A DNA stretch of 64,000 nucleotides from Octopus bimaculoides (taxonomy: Eukaryota), in assembly GCF_001194135.2 (NCBI RefSeq), contig NC_069001.1, positions 36,977,754-37,041,753 on the forward strand. Direction: 5' to 3'. Made by a program: the position numbers and the translations under genes. The notes below the pieces were generated by a model. It made no database searches. It was not told where the DNA came from and saw nothing but the letters and a program-made list of their open reading frames with translations. Each line of letters opens with the position of its first letter. Position 1 is the first letter of the stretch. Of this stretch, positions 27,701 through 37,430 are shown piece by piece.

Positions 27701-29768
27701 TCTTCCAAATTCACTCACTCGGTATTAGTCACTCAGGGCTAGAATGGAAAAACACTTTCCTAAGGTGCCATGTGGTGGCACTGAACCCAGAACCATTGTG
27801 GTTGCAAACTTCTTAACTACACAGCAATGCAGCTTTCTGTTTTAGTCAGCAGTTCTTCCACATTGTCTAAAACTGCTCATGTTTTTATGTAAGGATTGAA
27901 TAATTTCTGGGGGGTTTTTTTTTTCTTTTTTCCCCTTAGTTTGCCATATCATCAAACAAGGGCGTTGCACTTTGGTTACAACATTGCAGATGTTCAAGAT
28001 TTTAGCCCTTAGTGCTTTGATATTGGCCTACAGCCAGAGTGTGCTATACCTGGATGGTGTGAAATTCAGTGACAGTCAACAAACAATACAAGGACTATTA
28101 TTAGCTGGTTGTTTTCTCTTTAATTCCAGGTCGAAGGTAAGTCTGTTTGTTGCGTTTCCGAGATATATATATATCCTTTCGTTTTACAGTAGTTGGTTAT
28201 TTGCCTGGCTTTTAGTAGGCAAAGATCTTTTTTGGAGGATTGTCTCTGTAAATATCATACAAGGATTGATTCAGATCTTTTATGGTATTCGTACATTTAT
28301 CAAAACTATCATCTGTGATGGTAAAGTGAAACAGTTGCAACTGGAAATTGAAACCTGAACATTTCTCTTTTGTATGTGGTATATATGATCAGATTGGAGC
28401 CTGGTGCAGCCATCCGGTTCACCAGTCCTCAGTCAAATCGTCCAACCCATGCTAGCATGGAAAGTGGACATTAAACGATGATGATGATGATATATAATGT
28501 GTTTATTATCAGCTCTTCCTCTTCCCCACCCCCCATGTGTCATGCCAACAGGCATTGGCAATCATGATTTTTCTTGGGAAAGACACAAGGTCATCTTACC
28601 TTCTGCCAGTTTATTTGCACTTAACTCTGTTAATCTCTTCTTCTCTTACACTTAACCTTGAGGCACAGAGCTTATTTGACACTTAGAGGGAACTGGTTCA
28701 CATGCCCCCCCCCCCCCGGGCATGTACACACATCAAAGGGCTTGTTTAGCCCATATCTAGGAGCCAGTTTTTCTTCTAGACCTATTTTCCTTAATCACAG
28801 GACCATCTTCTGCTATTAGCTCCATAACAGGGGTCCTTGACAGATACTCCTGTCCCGGATCAGAACAGACCTGGAAATAGTAATGACTAAGGGCTGGTTC
28901 CATATTACCCCCAAACTCCCAAACCAAAGCCTCACCACTGACTGTAGTTTAATGTCTTCTCCAAGACATTGTTAACTTGGTTTCAAATTTTGGTACAAGG
29001 CTAGCAAGTTCCAGTCATGAGAGTTAGTCAATTACACCAACCTCAGCGCTCAACTGGTACTTATTTTATCAACCCCAAAAGGATGAAAGGCAAATTCAAC
29101 TGCACGAGGAATTTGAACTTGGAACATGAAGACAGGTGAAATGCCGCTAAGCATTTTTCCCAGCATGCTAACCATTCTGCCAGTGCGTCCCCTTAAATAT
29201 TGTTACTATTGACTGTTATTAATATCATGTTTCTTTTCTTTGGTCTCTCTTTTTAACCTTTTGCTCTCTCCGTCTCTTTGCCAGCCTTTACGTACATTAT
29301 CAAAAGAACGGCCTTTACCTAATATATTCAATATTTACACCATCTTAACGGTGCTGGGACAGTTTGTAGTCCATTTTACAAGTTTGGTATACTTGGTTAG
29401 AGACGCCAGAGTTCGCTCAGGATACGAGTAAGTAGTTCTTGTTTTTGTTTGTTTATTTGTTTATGTTTTAGCTTTTTGGTACCAACCTACTTGAGACTGA
29501 TTCCTGGTTCTTTGATACAAACTTCATGTTTTAAAGCAATCTAAAGTAAATCCTTCCGCCAAAATTTCATTTCTAAGTTATGTTCCAAACATCTGTTTGA
29601 CCCTTTAGCATTCAGATTGTTCTGTCAAATGTAATGTTTATATAATCAAATTGTTTTGAATTAATCATGCATTACATTGTAGCATTAAAATTTCAATGAT
29701 GTCATTGTTTATTCTTGTCAAGCCATCTAATCTGTGCTAGCATGGAAAACAAATGTTAAATGATGATG

Positions 29769-29804
<36 letters not shown>

Positions 29805-30214
29805 GCTCTGCCAAGCTTCATTGAAGAAGCTTGTATCATCCCAAAGCTATTGTAGGCAACATTTACTTTTGGTTTTATAATAATTATATCAGCCCCATTA
29901 CTACTTACCTGAATATTCATTTAATTACTCGCTTTTTATCAAATTGTCACAGACAGATGCCCAAGATTCCACACATTGGAATCAAACCCATGCCTACACT
30001 ATATATAATGTTTTACCAAATTCTTAACACCATGTCTATGTTATATCTGTACATGATATATTTACCTTTTTATCTCCTTACATTTTCAGTGAGTATCGGA
30101 AAGTTGACCTTGAAGCTAAATTTGAACCCAATTTGCTCAACACCACAGTTTATATTATTTCTGTGACACTTCAAGTTTCTACATTCTTTGTAAATTACAC
30201 TGTAAGTGCTACTG

Positions 30215-30269
<55 letters not shown>

Positions 30270-30368
30270 NNNNNNNNNNNNNNNNNNNNNNNNNNNNNNN
30301 NNNNNNNNNNNNNNNNNNNNNNNNNNNNNNNNNNNNNNNNNNNNNNNNNNNNNNNNNNNNNNNNNNNN

Positions 30369-30413
<45 letters not shown>

Positions 30414-31092
30414 TGTCAATTATTACAATTGTTATAAAATATTTAGCAAAAGGTAATCCTAATCTCCGACCTAACATGGACATTGTGTTATTTACCAGGA
30501 GTAGAATTTTGGTCCTCTGCCATTACAGCATTCACTCCACTTTCTTTCAAATGAACTCATTTCAGATATGCTCTCACAATGATATTTCAAGCATAGATCT
30601 TTCTACAGTCCTTTGCATTGTAGTCAATTGATGTTCCACAGCAGCCCACATCTCACTTGCATTTAAGTGTGCAGATAAGACAGCACTATTGAAGAGAGTG
30701 ACACCTAGGATCTTGTCCAGAATACATATATATATACACATACAAAGCAGGGTTGGACTGAGAGTATTAAGGGCCCTTAGGCATAACTGTTTACCAGGCC
30801 ACTTTGTGTGTTTTGGTAGAGTTAACATGTAGAGTGCGGGGCCCCTCAGAGCTCCAGGCCCTCTGGCAGTGCCTGATTGACCAACGGCTCAGTCCGCCCC
30901 TGATACAAAGCAAACGCATAATATTGTTTTCCTTCTCTTCTTCACCAGGGCGAACCATTTATGGAAGGCTTAAAAGACAACAAACCCCTATTGTATAGTT
31001 TATTAATATCTGGCTCTACAGTGTTGCTATTAGCTTCTGGAATCTTCCCACAGATGCTGGATATGTTTCAACTTGTAGAACTTCCAAGTGAT
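3554..31092 (+). CDS. ATP13A1: P5A-type ATPase (ER transmembrane-helix dislocase, ATP13A1/Spf1 orthologue); 26 coding exons located, terminal exon missing
   Basis: GT-AG exons 3554-3805, 8677-8766, 9882-9947 (candidate cassette), 10873-11060, 11269-11497, 12407-12476, 13248-13354, 13643-13775, 14677-14856, 15141-15278, 16078-16198, 16935-17086, 17912-18084, 18661-18771, 19104-19229, 20809-20917, 21953-22059, 22971-23063, 23987-24083, 24343-24416, 25543-25665, 26644-26761, 27940-28136, 29285-29427, 30090-30201, 30949-31092. Phases are mutually consistent and total 3453 nt (1151 codons) with no stop. P5A signature PPELP in M4; phosphorylation motif DKTGT at 16140-16154. Confidence 0.95.
7100..7620 (+). 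mobile_element. RTE-clade LINE fragment in ATP13A1 intron 1
   Basis: [14 protein letters not shown]...[12 protein letters not shown]...MLDRE, RTE C-terminal signature. Confidence 0.82.
8095..8310 (+). mobile_element. Meta-like SINE with (GAT)n tail
   Basis: AAAAAGCACC units, GTGGTTGGTGTTAGGAAGGGCATCCAGCTGTAGAAAC, CCATGCCAGCATGGAAAACGGACGTTAAACGATGATG; other copies at 1-188, 11720-11965, 13960-14190, 21225-21620 (-), 23150-23390 (-) and 32225-32449. Confidence 0.8.
8608..8662. repeat. (ATT)n microsatellite abutting the exon 2 acceptor
   Basis: Directly visible. Confidence 0.95.
8677..8766 (+). CDS. ATP13A1: ATP13A1 exon 2
   Basis: tttcag|[30 protein letters not shown]|gtgagt. Confidence 0.93.
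9882..9947 (+). CDS. ATP13A1: ATP13A1 candidate 66-nt cassette exon 3
   Basis: tttctttacag|[22 protein letters not shown]|gttact; phase 0-0, no stop, weak donor; no homology support. Confidence 0.55.
10078..10300 (+). mobile_element. Nin/Deu-like SINE, well-preserved copy
   Basis: GAGTTCAAATTCCGCC box followed by GGTCGACTTTGCCTTTCATCCTTTCGGGGTC...AAATAAGTACCAG; other copies at 22285-22670 (x2), 28960-29195 (-), 42660-43050 (-, x2), 52490-52690 (-) and 56724-57150 (x2). Confidence 0.8.
10396..10832 (+). mobile_element. Composite tRNA-derived SINE (CORE-like 5' module plus Meta-like 3' module)
   Basis: GGTTCAGTCC B-box-like head, CTTGGGCAAG core, ACCAAAGCC...GGATTTGGT hairpin, GGAAG(G)GCATC module, GAT tail; sister copies at about 12755-13130, 15362-15800 and 26975-27320. 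Confidence 0.75.
10873..11060 (+). CDS. ATP13A1: ATP13A1 exon 4
   Basis: ttttag|[16 protein letters not shown]...[10 protein letters not shown]|gtaagt; phase 2. Confidence 0.93.
11269..11497 (+). CDS. ATP13A1: ATP13A1 exon 5 (M1-M2)
   Basis: [26 protein letters not shown]...[11 protein letters not shown]|gtaaat. Confidence 0.95.
12407..12476 (+). CDS. ATP13A1: ATP13A1 exon 6
   Basis: ggtag|[23 protein letters not shown]|gtgtgt; phase 1. Confidence 0.93.
13248..13354 (+). CDS. ATP13A1: ATP13A1 exon 7 (A-domain TGES)
   Basis: [36 protein letters not shown]|gtgagt. Confidence 0.96.
13643..13775 (+). CDS. ATP13A1: ATP13A1 exon 8
   Basis: [13 protein letters not shown]...[24 protein letters not shown]|gtacgt; phase 1. 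Confidence 0.94.
14677..14856 (+). CDS. ATP13A1: ATP13A1 exon 9 (M3)
   Basis: [60 protein letters not shown]|gtaaaa. Confidence 0.93.
15141..15278 (+). CDS. ATP13A1: ATP13A1 exon 10 (M4, PPELP)
   Basis: [46 protein letters not shown]|gtaagt. Confidence 0.96.
16078..16198 (+). CDS. ATP13A1: ATP13A1 exon 11 (DKTGT)
   Basis: [40 protein letters not shown]|gtaaga; phase 2. Confidence 0.96.
16255..16420 (+). mobile_element. tRNA-derived SINE with V/CORE-like core
   Basis: A-box TGACTCAGTGG, B-box GAGTTCGATTCC, core GTTCTTGAGCAAGACACTT; related copy at about 34130-34450 (-). Confidence 0.7.
16671..16756. repeat. Compound (TA)n(GA)n microsatellite
   Basis: Directly visible. Confidence 0.95.
16935..17086 (+). 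CDS. ATP13A1: ATP13A1 exon 12
   Basis: AAG acceptor; [10 protein letters not shown]...[30 protein letters not shown]|gtgagt. Confidence 0.92.
17157..17371. mobile_element. piggyBac-type MITE (about 215 bp)
   Basis: TTAA|CCCTTTAGCATT...AATGCTAAGGG|TAAA; further copies at about 8924-9140, 18915-19024, 29600-29715 and 54110-54310. Confidence 0.8.
17912..18084 (+). CDS. ATP13A1: ATP13A1 exon 13 (N-domain KGAPE)
   Basis: [30 protein letters not shown]...[11 protein letters not shown]|gtaagt. Confidence 0.96.
18661..18771 (+). CDS. ATP13A1: ATP13A1 exon 14
   Basis: [37 protein letters not shown]|gtatat. Confidence 0.95.
19104..19229 (+). CDS. ATP13A1: ATP13A1 exon 15
   Basis: [42 protein letters not shown]|gtacgt. 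Confidence 0.95.
20367..20548. mobile_element. Tc1/mariner-type MITE
   Basis: Decayed TIR pair AAGATCCTGGCTTT / AAAGCCAGGAACTTTAC. A better-preserved left end, TACGAGAGGTGCTGTAAAGTTCCTGGCTTT, starts at 49535 and runs into the gap. Confidence 0.7.
20809..20917 (+). CDS. ATP13A1: ATP13A1 exon 16 (TGDN)
   Basis: [36 protein letters not shown]|gtaagt. Confidence 0.96.
21953..22059 (+). CDS. ATP13A1: ATP13A1 exon 17
   Basis: [35 protein letters not shown]|gtaatg. Confidence 0.93.
22971..23063 (+). CDS. ATP13A1: ATP13A1 exon 18
   Basis: [31 protein letters not shown]|gtaaat. Confidence 0.95.
23987..24083 (+). CDS. ATP13A1: ATP13A1 exon 19 (GDGTND)
   Basis: [32 protein letters not shown]|gtgagg. 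Confidence 0.96.
24343..24416 (+). CDS. ATP13A1: ATP13A1 exon 20
   Basis: [25 protein letters not shown]|gtaagt. Confidence 0.92.
25543..25665 (+). CDS. ATP13A1: ATP13A1 exon 21 (P5A-specific insertion)
   Basis: [41 protein letters not shown]|gtaagt; TSRxAKQR recalls the human protein. Confidence 0.87.
26644..26761 (+). CDS. ATP13A1: ATP13A1 exon 22
   Basis: [39 protein letters not shown]|gtaagt. Confidence 0.95.
27940..28136 (+). CDS. ATP13A1: ATP13A1 exon 23 (M5-M6)
   Basis: [24 protein letters not shown]...[14 protein letters not shown]|gtaagt. Confidence 0.96.
29285..29427 (+). CDS. ATP13A1: ATP13A1 exon 24 (M7)
   Basis: [31 protein letters not shown]...RVRSGY|gtaagt; phase 2. Confidence 0.95.
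30090..30201 (+). CDS. ATP13A1: ATP13A1 exon 25 (M8)
   Basis: [37 protein letters not shown]|gtaagt. Confidence 0.95.
30748..30902. mobile_element. hAT-type MITE (155 bp) with 8-bp TSD
   Basis: TIR CAGGGTTGGACTGAG / CTCAGTCCGCCCCTG (13/15); exact TSD ATACAAAG at 30740-30747 and 30903-30910. Confidence 0.9.
30949..31092 (+). CDS. ATP13A1: ATP13A1 exon 26 (M9)
   Basis: [22 protein letters not shown]...[10 protein letters not shown]|gtaagt; donor present, so at least one more exon is expected. Confidence 0.95.
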
Positions 31093-32045
31093 GTAAGTAT
31101 TGCCTGCAAGACATTGCGGTTTCTTCTTTCTATATTCTTGAAAAATAAAAATTTCTGTGTCATATGAACACCAACTTCTCCACATGGCCTCAGGGACACA
31201 GTGTTCAGTTTTTAGCCACACAGATTTGAGTTCCGTCTCACTGCATGGCTCCTTGGTTCAGTGTCTTCTATTATAGTCTCTGGCTGACCAATGGAATTGG
31301 TTGATGGAAACTGTGTGGAAGCCTAGTACTTTAAGTCTGGTACTTATTCTATCAGTCTCTTTCACCAAACTGCTAAGTCAGGAGCACACACACACTTTTC
31401 ACTCAGTGCACTTACCACCTTTTCCACTCTTTTGTCCTATTTTGTGTTATATTCATGTTGTACCTGGACCTCATGTTTCTCTCTTTCTCTGTCCTCCTCA
31501 GCAAGACAACTGCTCCTCTCCCTCTATCACAGTTTCTTATTCCTCCAGTCTATACCCTGCTCAGTTGGAAGGTACTTGGCAACCTCACCTGTGCCTCTTA
31601 AAAAGCACCTAGTCCTCTCTGTGAAGTGGTTGAAATTATGAAGGGTAACTGGCTATAGAAACCTTGCCAAGGCAGACATGGAACCTGGCAGAGCCCTCTG
31701 GCTCATCTCTTCTAGTCAAATCATCCAACTCATTATCAACATCAAGCAGACATTAAAAGATAAGATGATGACATAAACATACAACTGGCTTCCACACAGT
31801 TTCCATCGACCATATTCATTCACAAGGCATTAATCACCCCTGGGCTAGAGTGGAAGACATTTGTTCAAAGTGCCATGCAGTGGAACTGAACCTGAAATCA
31901 CATGACTACAAAGCAAGCTTCTCAATCGCACAGGCATGATGACATCTCCTAAAAATAAAACACAAAATTTTATCATTTTAAAACAAAAGACTTTTTGTTC
32001 CCATGATATTTCCATATAAATAATTGACCCAGCCAAGCTCTAATT

Positions 32046-32165
32046 GTGGAGGGTGTCTGTGGAAAGGGTAGACCCAGGAAGACGTGGGAGGGAGTGGTGA
32101 GAAAGGATCTTGAAATGCTGGGCCTCACTGGGGAAATGATAAGGGACCGGGGGTGGTTATGGTGA
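32046..32165 (+). mobile_element. RTE-clade LINE extreme C-terminal fragment
   Basis: VEGVCGKGRPRKTWEGVVRKDLEMLGLTGEMIRDRGWLW*. Confidence 0.8.
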
Positions 32166-32449
32166 TTTACTGTACTTGAGAAGAGGCATCAAGCCAAGTA
32201 AAATTGCTGTCATCCATACATACAGGCTTGTCCTTTACAGGTGCCAGTGCCACATAAAATGCAGTTGTGCTGGTGCTGCATAAAAGCACCTGTGCTGGTG
32301 GCACATGAAAGTCAATTAGCACACCCCACAAAGTGGTTGGCATTAGGAAGGGCATCCAGTTGTAGAAACCATGCCAGAACAGACAATTGGAGTCTGGACA
32401 GCTCCTGTCAAACCATCCAGCTCATGGCAGCATGGAAAATGGATGTTAA

Positions 32450-32941
32450 NNNNNNNNNNNNNNNNNNNNNNNNNNNNNNNNNNNNNNNNNNNNNNNNNNN
32501 NNNNNNNNNNNNNNNNNNNNNNNNNNNNNNNNNNNNNNNNNNNNNNNNNNNNNNNNNNNNNNNNNNNNNNNNNNNNNNNNNNNNNNNNNNNNNNNNNNNN
32601 NNNNNNNNNNNNNNNNNNNNNNNNNNNNNNNNNNNNNNNNNNNNNNNNNNNNNNNNNNNNNNNNNNNNNNNNNNNNNNNNNNNNNNNNNNNNNNNNNNNN
32701 NNNNNNNNNNNNNNNNNNNNNNNNNNNNNNNNNNNNNNNNNNNNNNNNNNNNNNNNNNNNNNNNNNNNNNNNNNNNNNNNNNNNNNNNNNNNNNNNNNNN
32801 NNNNNNNNNNNNNNNNNNNNNNNNNNNNNNNNNNNNNNNNNNNNNNNNNNNNNNNNNNNNNNNNNNNNNNNNNNNNNNNNNNNNNNNNNNNNNNNNNNNN
32901 NNNNNNNNNNNNNNNNNNNNNNNNNNNNNNNNNNNNNNNNN
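32450..32941. other. Assembly gap, probably hiding the ATP13A1 terminal exon
   Basis: N run. Other gaps: 4021-4424, 12707-12731, 30270-30368, 35460-35558, 37431-38069, 49617-50589, 51458-51660, 53172-53800, 55462-56426. Confidence 0.6.
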
Positions 32942-35425
32942 TGATCTTTTTTTCTCTTTCTCTCTCTCTCTCTCTCACTCTCATCACATCTGATCTCATG
33001 TATTCCAATCATTGATTTGAAAACTGTTGGCGCTGCCAGCCACCATTCTTTTCTTGTCATTCTTACTTATTCCAAAAACATTGACATTAATTCTAAAGAA
33101 AAAAAAAAGAAAAAAGAGACAATCCTGCAGTAAATGCATACAAACGCTGCATGTACAAAAAAAATGTGAAAACGGGGGGGTTCTGTTCTTACATAGTTCT
33201 TTTTTTTTTTTTCCATACTGTATATTAAAAAAAAAAAATTGTTTTTTCACTCAAAATTTCTACTACAACCAAACCTTTTAAATATTTCTTTCAACTTAAA
33301 GATATTGAAAAGCAAAAAAAGAAACAAAAATAGCAAAAAATATTTCTTGAATATTTATTTCTTTTAATTTAACAATTTTTATGGCGAAGAAAAAAATTTT
33401 CATTTTATTTTTTAAAAAAGTCCTAATTTTATTAATTTTTCTTCTGCAAACATAATAATAACTTTAGATTTAAATTTAAAAGTTAATAACAGTTTAAATA
33501 TTTATATAAAGTTAATTTTGAATTTCTATTAATGCATTTTTCTAGACAGTCACAGAAGTGAAAAAATATATATATAATTCACTATTAAGGTTGTTGATAA
33601 TGGGATAAATAATTCATTAATCTATAACGAAGATTAAAAAAGAAAAAAGATCGGAATGGTTTGCTTATATGTATATATATATATGTATGTATGTATGTAT
33701 GTACATCTATATATATATACAAGTATATACATACATGCCATTTCCTCACCTCCCTCCCCAAATATGAGATGATACCTTTTTAAATATTATTTTTTTAAAA
33801 TTTTTAAACTATTCCCATGATGATAATTAATTGTACAACTGTGAACTAGCTGCTCCAAAGAGACATATCTGAACTTGTTGTACCTAACCAGTAAACGCAG
33901 ACCATTTTCCTGAAGTAGTAACCTGATGACTTCTTGTTAGAATCTCTTCAATAAAATGATCGTTGCCAAATTGATTGGAACTGGATGTATGTGTTTTTGT
34001 TGTTTGTATTTTGATTTTCTTTTAACTCCATGTTGAAGAATTATTTAAATGGTATCTTAAAAAGGAATATTTATTAATTATATATACACACATACACACA
34101 CCTACATTTATCCTACATAATTGGCCCTCCATCAGTTATAACGATGAGTGTTCCAGCTGATTCAATCAATGAAACAGCCTGCTTATGAAATTAATGTGCA
34201 AGTGGCTGAGTACTCCACAGACACATCTACCCTTCATGTAGTTCTCAAGGAGATTCAGCTTAATGCAGAACGTTGATGCAGCTGGCCCCTTTGAATTACA
34301 GGTACAACTCAATTTTTTCCAGCTGAGTGAACTAGAGCAACTTGAGATAAAAAGCCTTGCTCAAGGGCACAACACACTAGCGGGGAACCTAACTCATGAC
34401 ATTACAATTGTTCGCTGAATGCCCTAACCATTAAGCCACTCACCTTCACTATATCATACACACTAAAGTGGTTGATGTTAGGAAGGGCATCCAGACATAG
34501 AAACAGGCCAAATTAGACTGAAACCTGGTACAGCTCTCTCCTGCTTGACAACTCTGGTCAAATCAACTTACTCATGCCTGCATGGAAAACAGACGGTCAA
34601 GGATGATGATAACAATGACCACACATATAAACACTTCTATTTGCTTTGGCAAGTGGGCTGTGGACATGCTGGGGTAAAATAAATCTCAAAATTATATATT
34701 CATTTTTACAGCTGCCCCAGGAGCATTTTTCAGTGCTCTTTATATTTTGTTTTTCAGTGATTCTATAGGATAGCCAGAAATTATTTAGTTTGTCAAAAAC
34801 TATCATTTCTTTAGGTTTGTATGATTTCAACACTGGAGATCACAATCATACATAAATTCATTTTTTTCTTCAAAATTTGAATTGAAAAATATTTTTGGGA
34901 TTTAATTCATCTTTCTTTCCATAACTTTGCATTTTAATTTGTTTGAAGCTTCACATTTTTTTAAACGTGACAGATTGAAAAATTATGCAACAATAAAATT
35001 TTCACAAATAGTTTTGTTTCAAAATTTCTTTTTTATGGAAGTGAGTGGAAGCAGGGGTTAAAATTTTGGAAAAAAATTTTATTTATTTTTACAGAATTGT
35101 AATCTCTGATGTTTAAAAATATATAAATATAAAAAAAAGTACAATGGTTGGCAAATTAAATAATTTCCTACTCTATTGTTTAAGATTACCCCTGTTTTCT
35201 ACCTCTTAGTATAACAGAAGAGCTGGGTAAGCTGAAAAAATAATCCCTTTTTTTTTTCAACTATTTTTCCAAAGAATTTTAACATGTAGCCCAGAAATTT
35301 CATTCCAAAGAAATCTGTAATAGATCTATAACCGTATATACATATATATATTACATGTATGAGTGTGTATATTGCGTATATTGCGTGTATATATATATAT
35401 ATAAAATGTATGTATGTGTGTGTGC

Positions 35426-35459
<34 letters not shown>

Positions 35460-37377
35460 NNNNNNNNNNNNNNNNNNNNNNNNNNNNNNNNNNNNNNNNN
35501 NNNNNNNNNNNNNNNNNNNNNNNNNNNNNNNNNNNNNNNNNNNNNNNNNNNNNNNNNNTTTTTTTTTTTTTTTTTTTTTTTTTTTTGATTTCTAAAAAAA
35601 TTATTTTCATTCAAAACAAAGTTGGGTGAAATAATACAGAAAAATATAGTTTTTATTTATTTTTTATAAGGGGATTTACCAATGGATAAAACTGAAATAG
35701 AGATACAGTTAATATTTGCTGCACTCAAAGACAAGCTGTTATGTCAGTGTTAGGAATAAAGCTCATCTTAAATACCATTCCATCAAAATCGTTCTGATTT
35801 TAGGGTTTTGTTTTGTTTTGTAATTTTTTGTTTGTTTTTTCTATTTTTAATTGAAAGAAGGTGGGAGTCTTTTCTTTATCTTAATGTATTTTGGTTTCTA
35901 CTCATTAAAAAGACAACTTGGTTTCATTGTTGTGTTTAATTTTTACTTAAGATTAAATTAAACCATTCATAAAATGGCTTTGTAATACACTAACAGTATG
36001 AAACATCAAGAGGAAACAGGTTTGGTAAGAAGTTCACTTCCCAACCGCATGGTTCTGGGTTCAGTCTTAATGCATGGCACTTTGGGCACATTTCTTCTAT
36101 AACCTCAGGCTGACCAAAGCCTTGTGAGTGGATTTGGCAGATGGAAAATGAAAGAAGTCCATCATGTTTGTGTGTATCTGTGCTTGTCCTCCATCATTGC
36201 TTGTTAACTGGTGTTGGTGTGTTTTTGTCCCCATAACTTAGCAGTTCAGCGAAACAGACTGATTCAATAAGTACCAGACTTAAGGGGTCGATTTATTCAA
36301 CTAAAAATCCGTCAAGGCAGTGCCCCAGCTTAGCGTCCATGCTACAAGTGCAAAAGATTGTTTTAAATGGTACGTCACACATATTGAAAAGAGCATTGTC
36401 TATGTGATTTGGTTGTTGTTTCTAGCTGGTCGAGTGACCTCAAAAGGCTTCCTCGTTAAGAGAGGCTTTTGTCTCCACGAGTTAGACTTGTAGGGAATTA
36501 AGAAACGTAAGGTTGTGACATTCATGCCATTCTCAAAGCATATCAGGACATAAGTGAAACGAATTCTCATTACGCTGAGAATCGAATCCATAATTGCTAA
36601 TTAATGATGCACCACCACCACCTCCACCAAGTTTTATTACGAACTTTTATTTTATTGCAGTCTCACAAGAAATAAAAAAAAAAAAGAAATATGATTCTTA
36701 AAACAAAAACATATATTTGAAGTTGTGACGTTCATACATTTTCCAAACAGCATTAGGACGTAAGTGAAATGAATCCGCATTCCACCAAGAACTGAAACTG
36801 CAGCGTCAACACCAACACCAATTATGAATTCATGTTATTGCATTTCGCAATTAACAAGATATTATTGGGGAAAATAAAGTAAAATGATTTTATCCGAGAA
36901 TCGAAATCGGGTCTGTCAACATTACAATGAGAAAAAAAAAAAGGCGGTGACTCACTAAATTAAATTTTCGCGCCTGTTCGACTTGTCACTACCCAATATT
37001 AACTGTGTCTGTGTGTTCGTTCCATAAAATATTTCAGTCACTTGATACTAACAGCTTGACTTACATATTTCACTAAACAGAATTAGTTCATCCGTTTTGG
37101 CGCTAATTTTGATTTTTAAACTATTTTTAGAGATGACATCTTGGCAGGCGGACAGACTCGCCTGTGGGGGGAAATTTGTTTTTTTTAGGGTGACATTAAT
37201 TATTATTATTATAATTAATTAAATATGGCACTAGCTAGTTATAATTTAAAGTGTATTTTATATTTGTCTCTTAAAATCAAAAAGAAAGAACTTAGGGAGA
37301 ATTATAGGGTATATATATATATATGTGTGTGTATATATCTCTCTCTCTCTATATATATATATATGTATGTATATATG

Positions 37378-37430
<53 letters not shown>

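Noticed and set aside
3806-30948. U12-type introns in ATP13A1
   Set aside because: No donor matches RTATCCTT; all are GT-AG U2-like.
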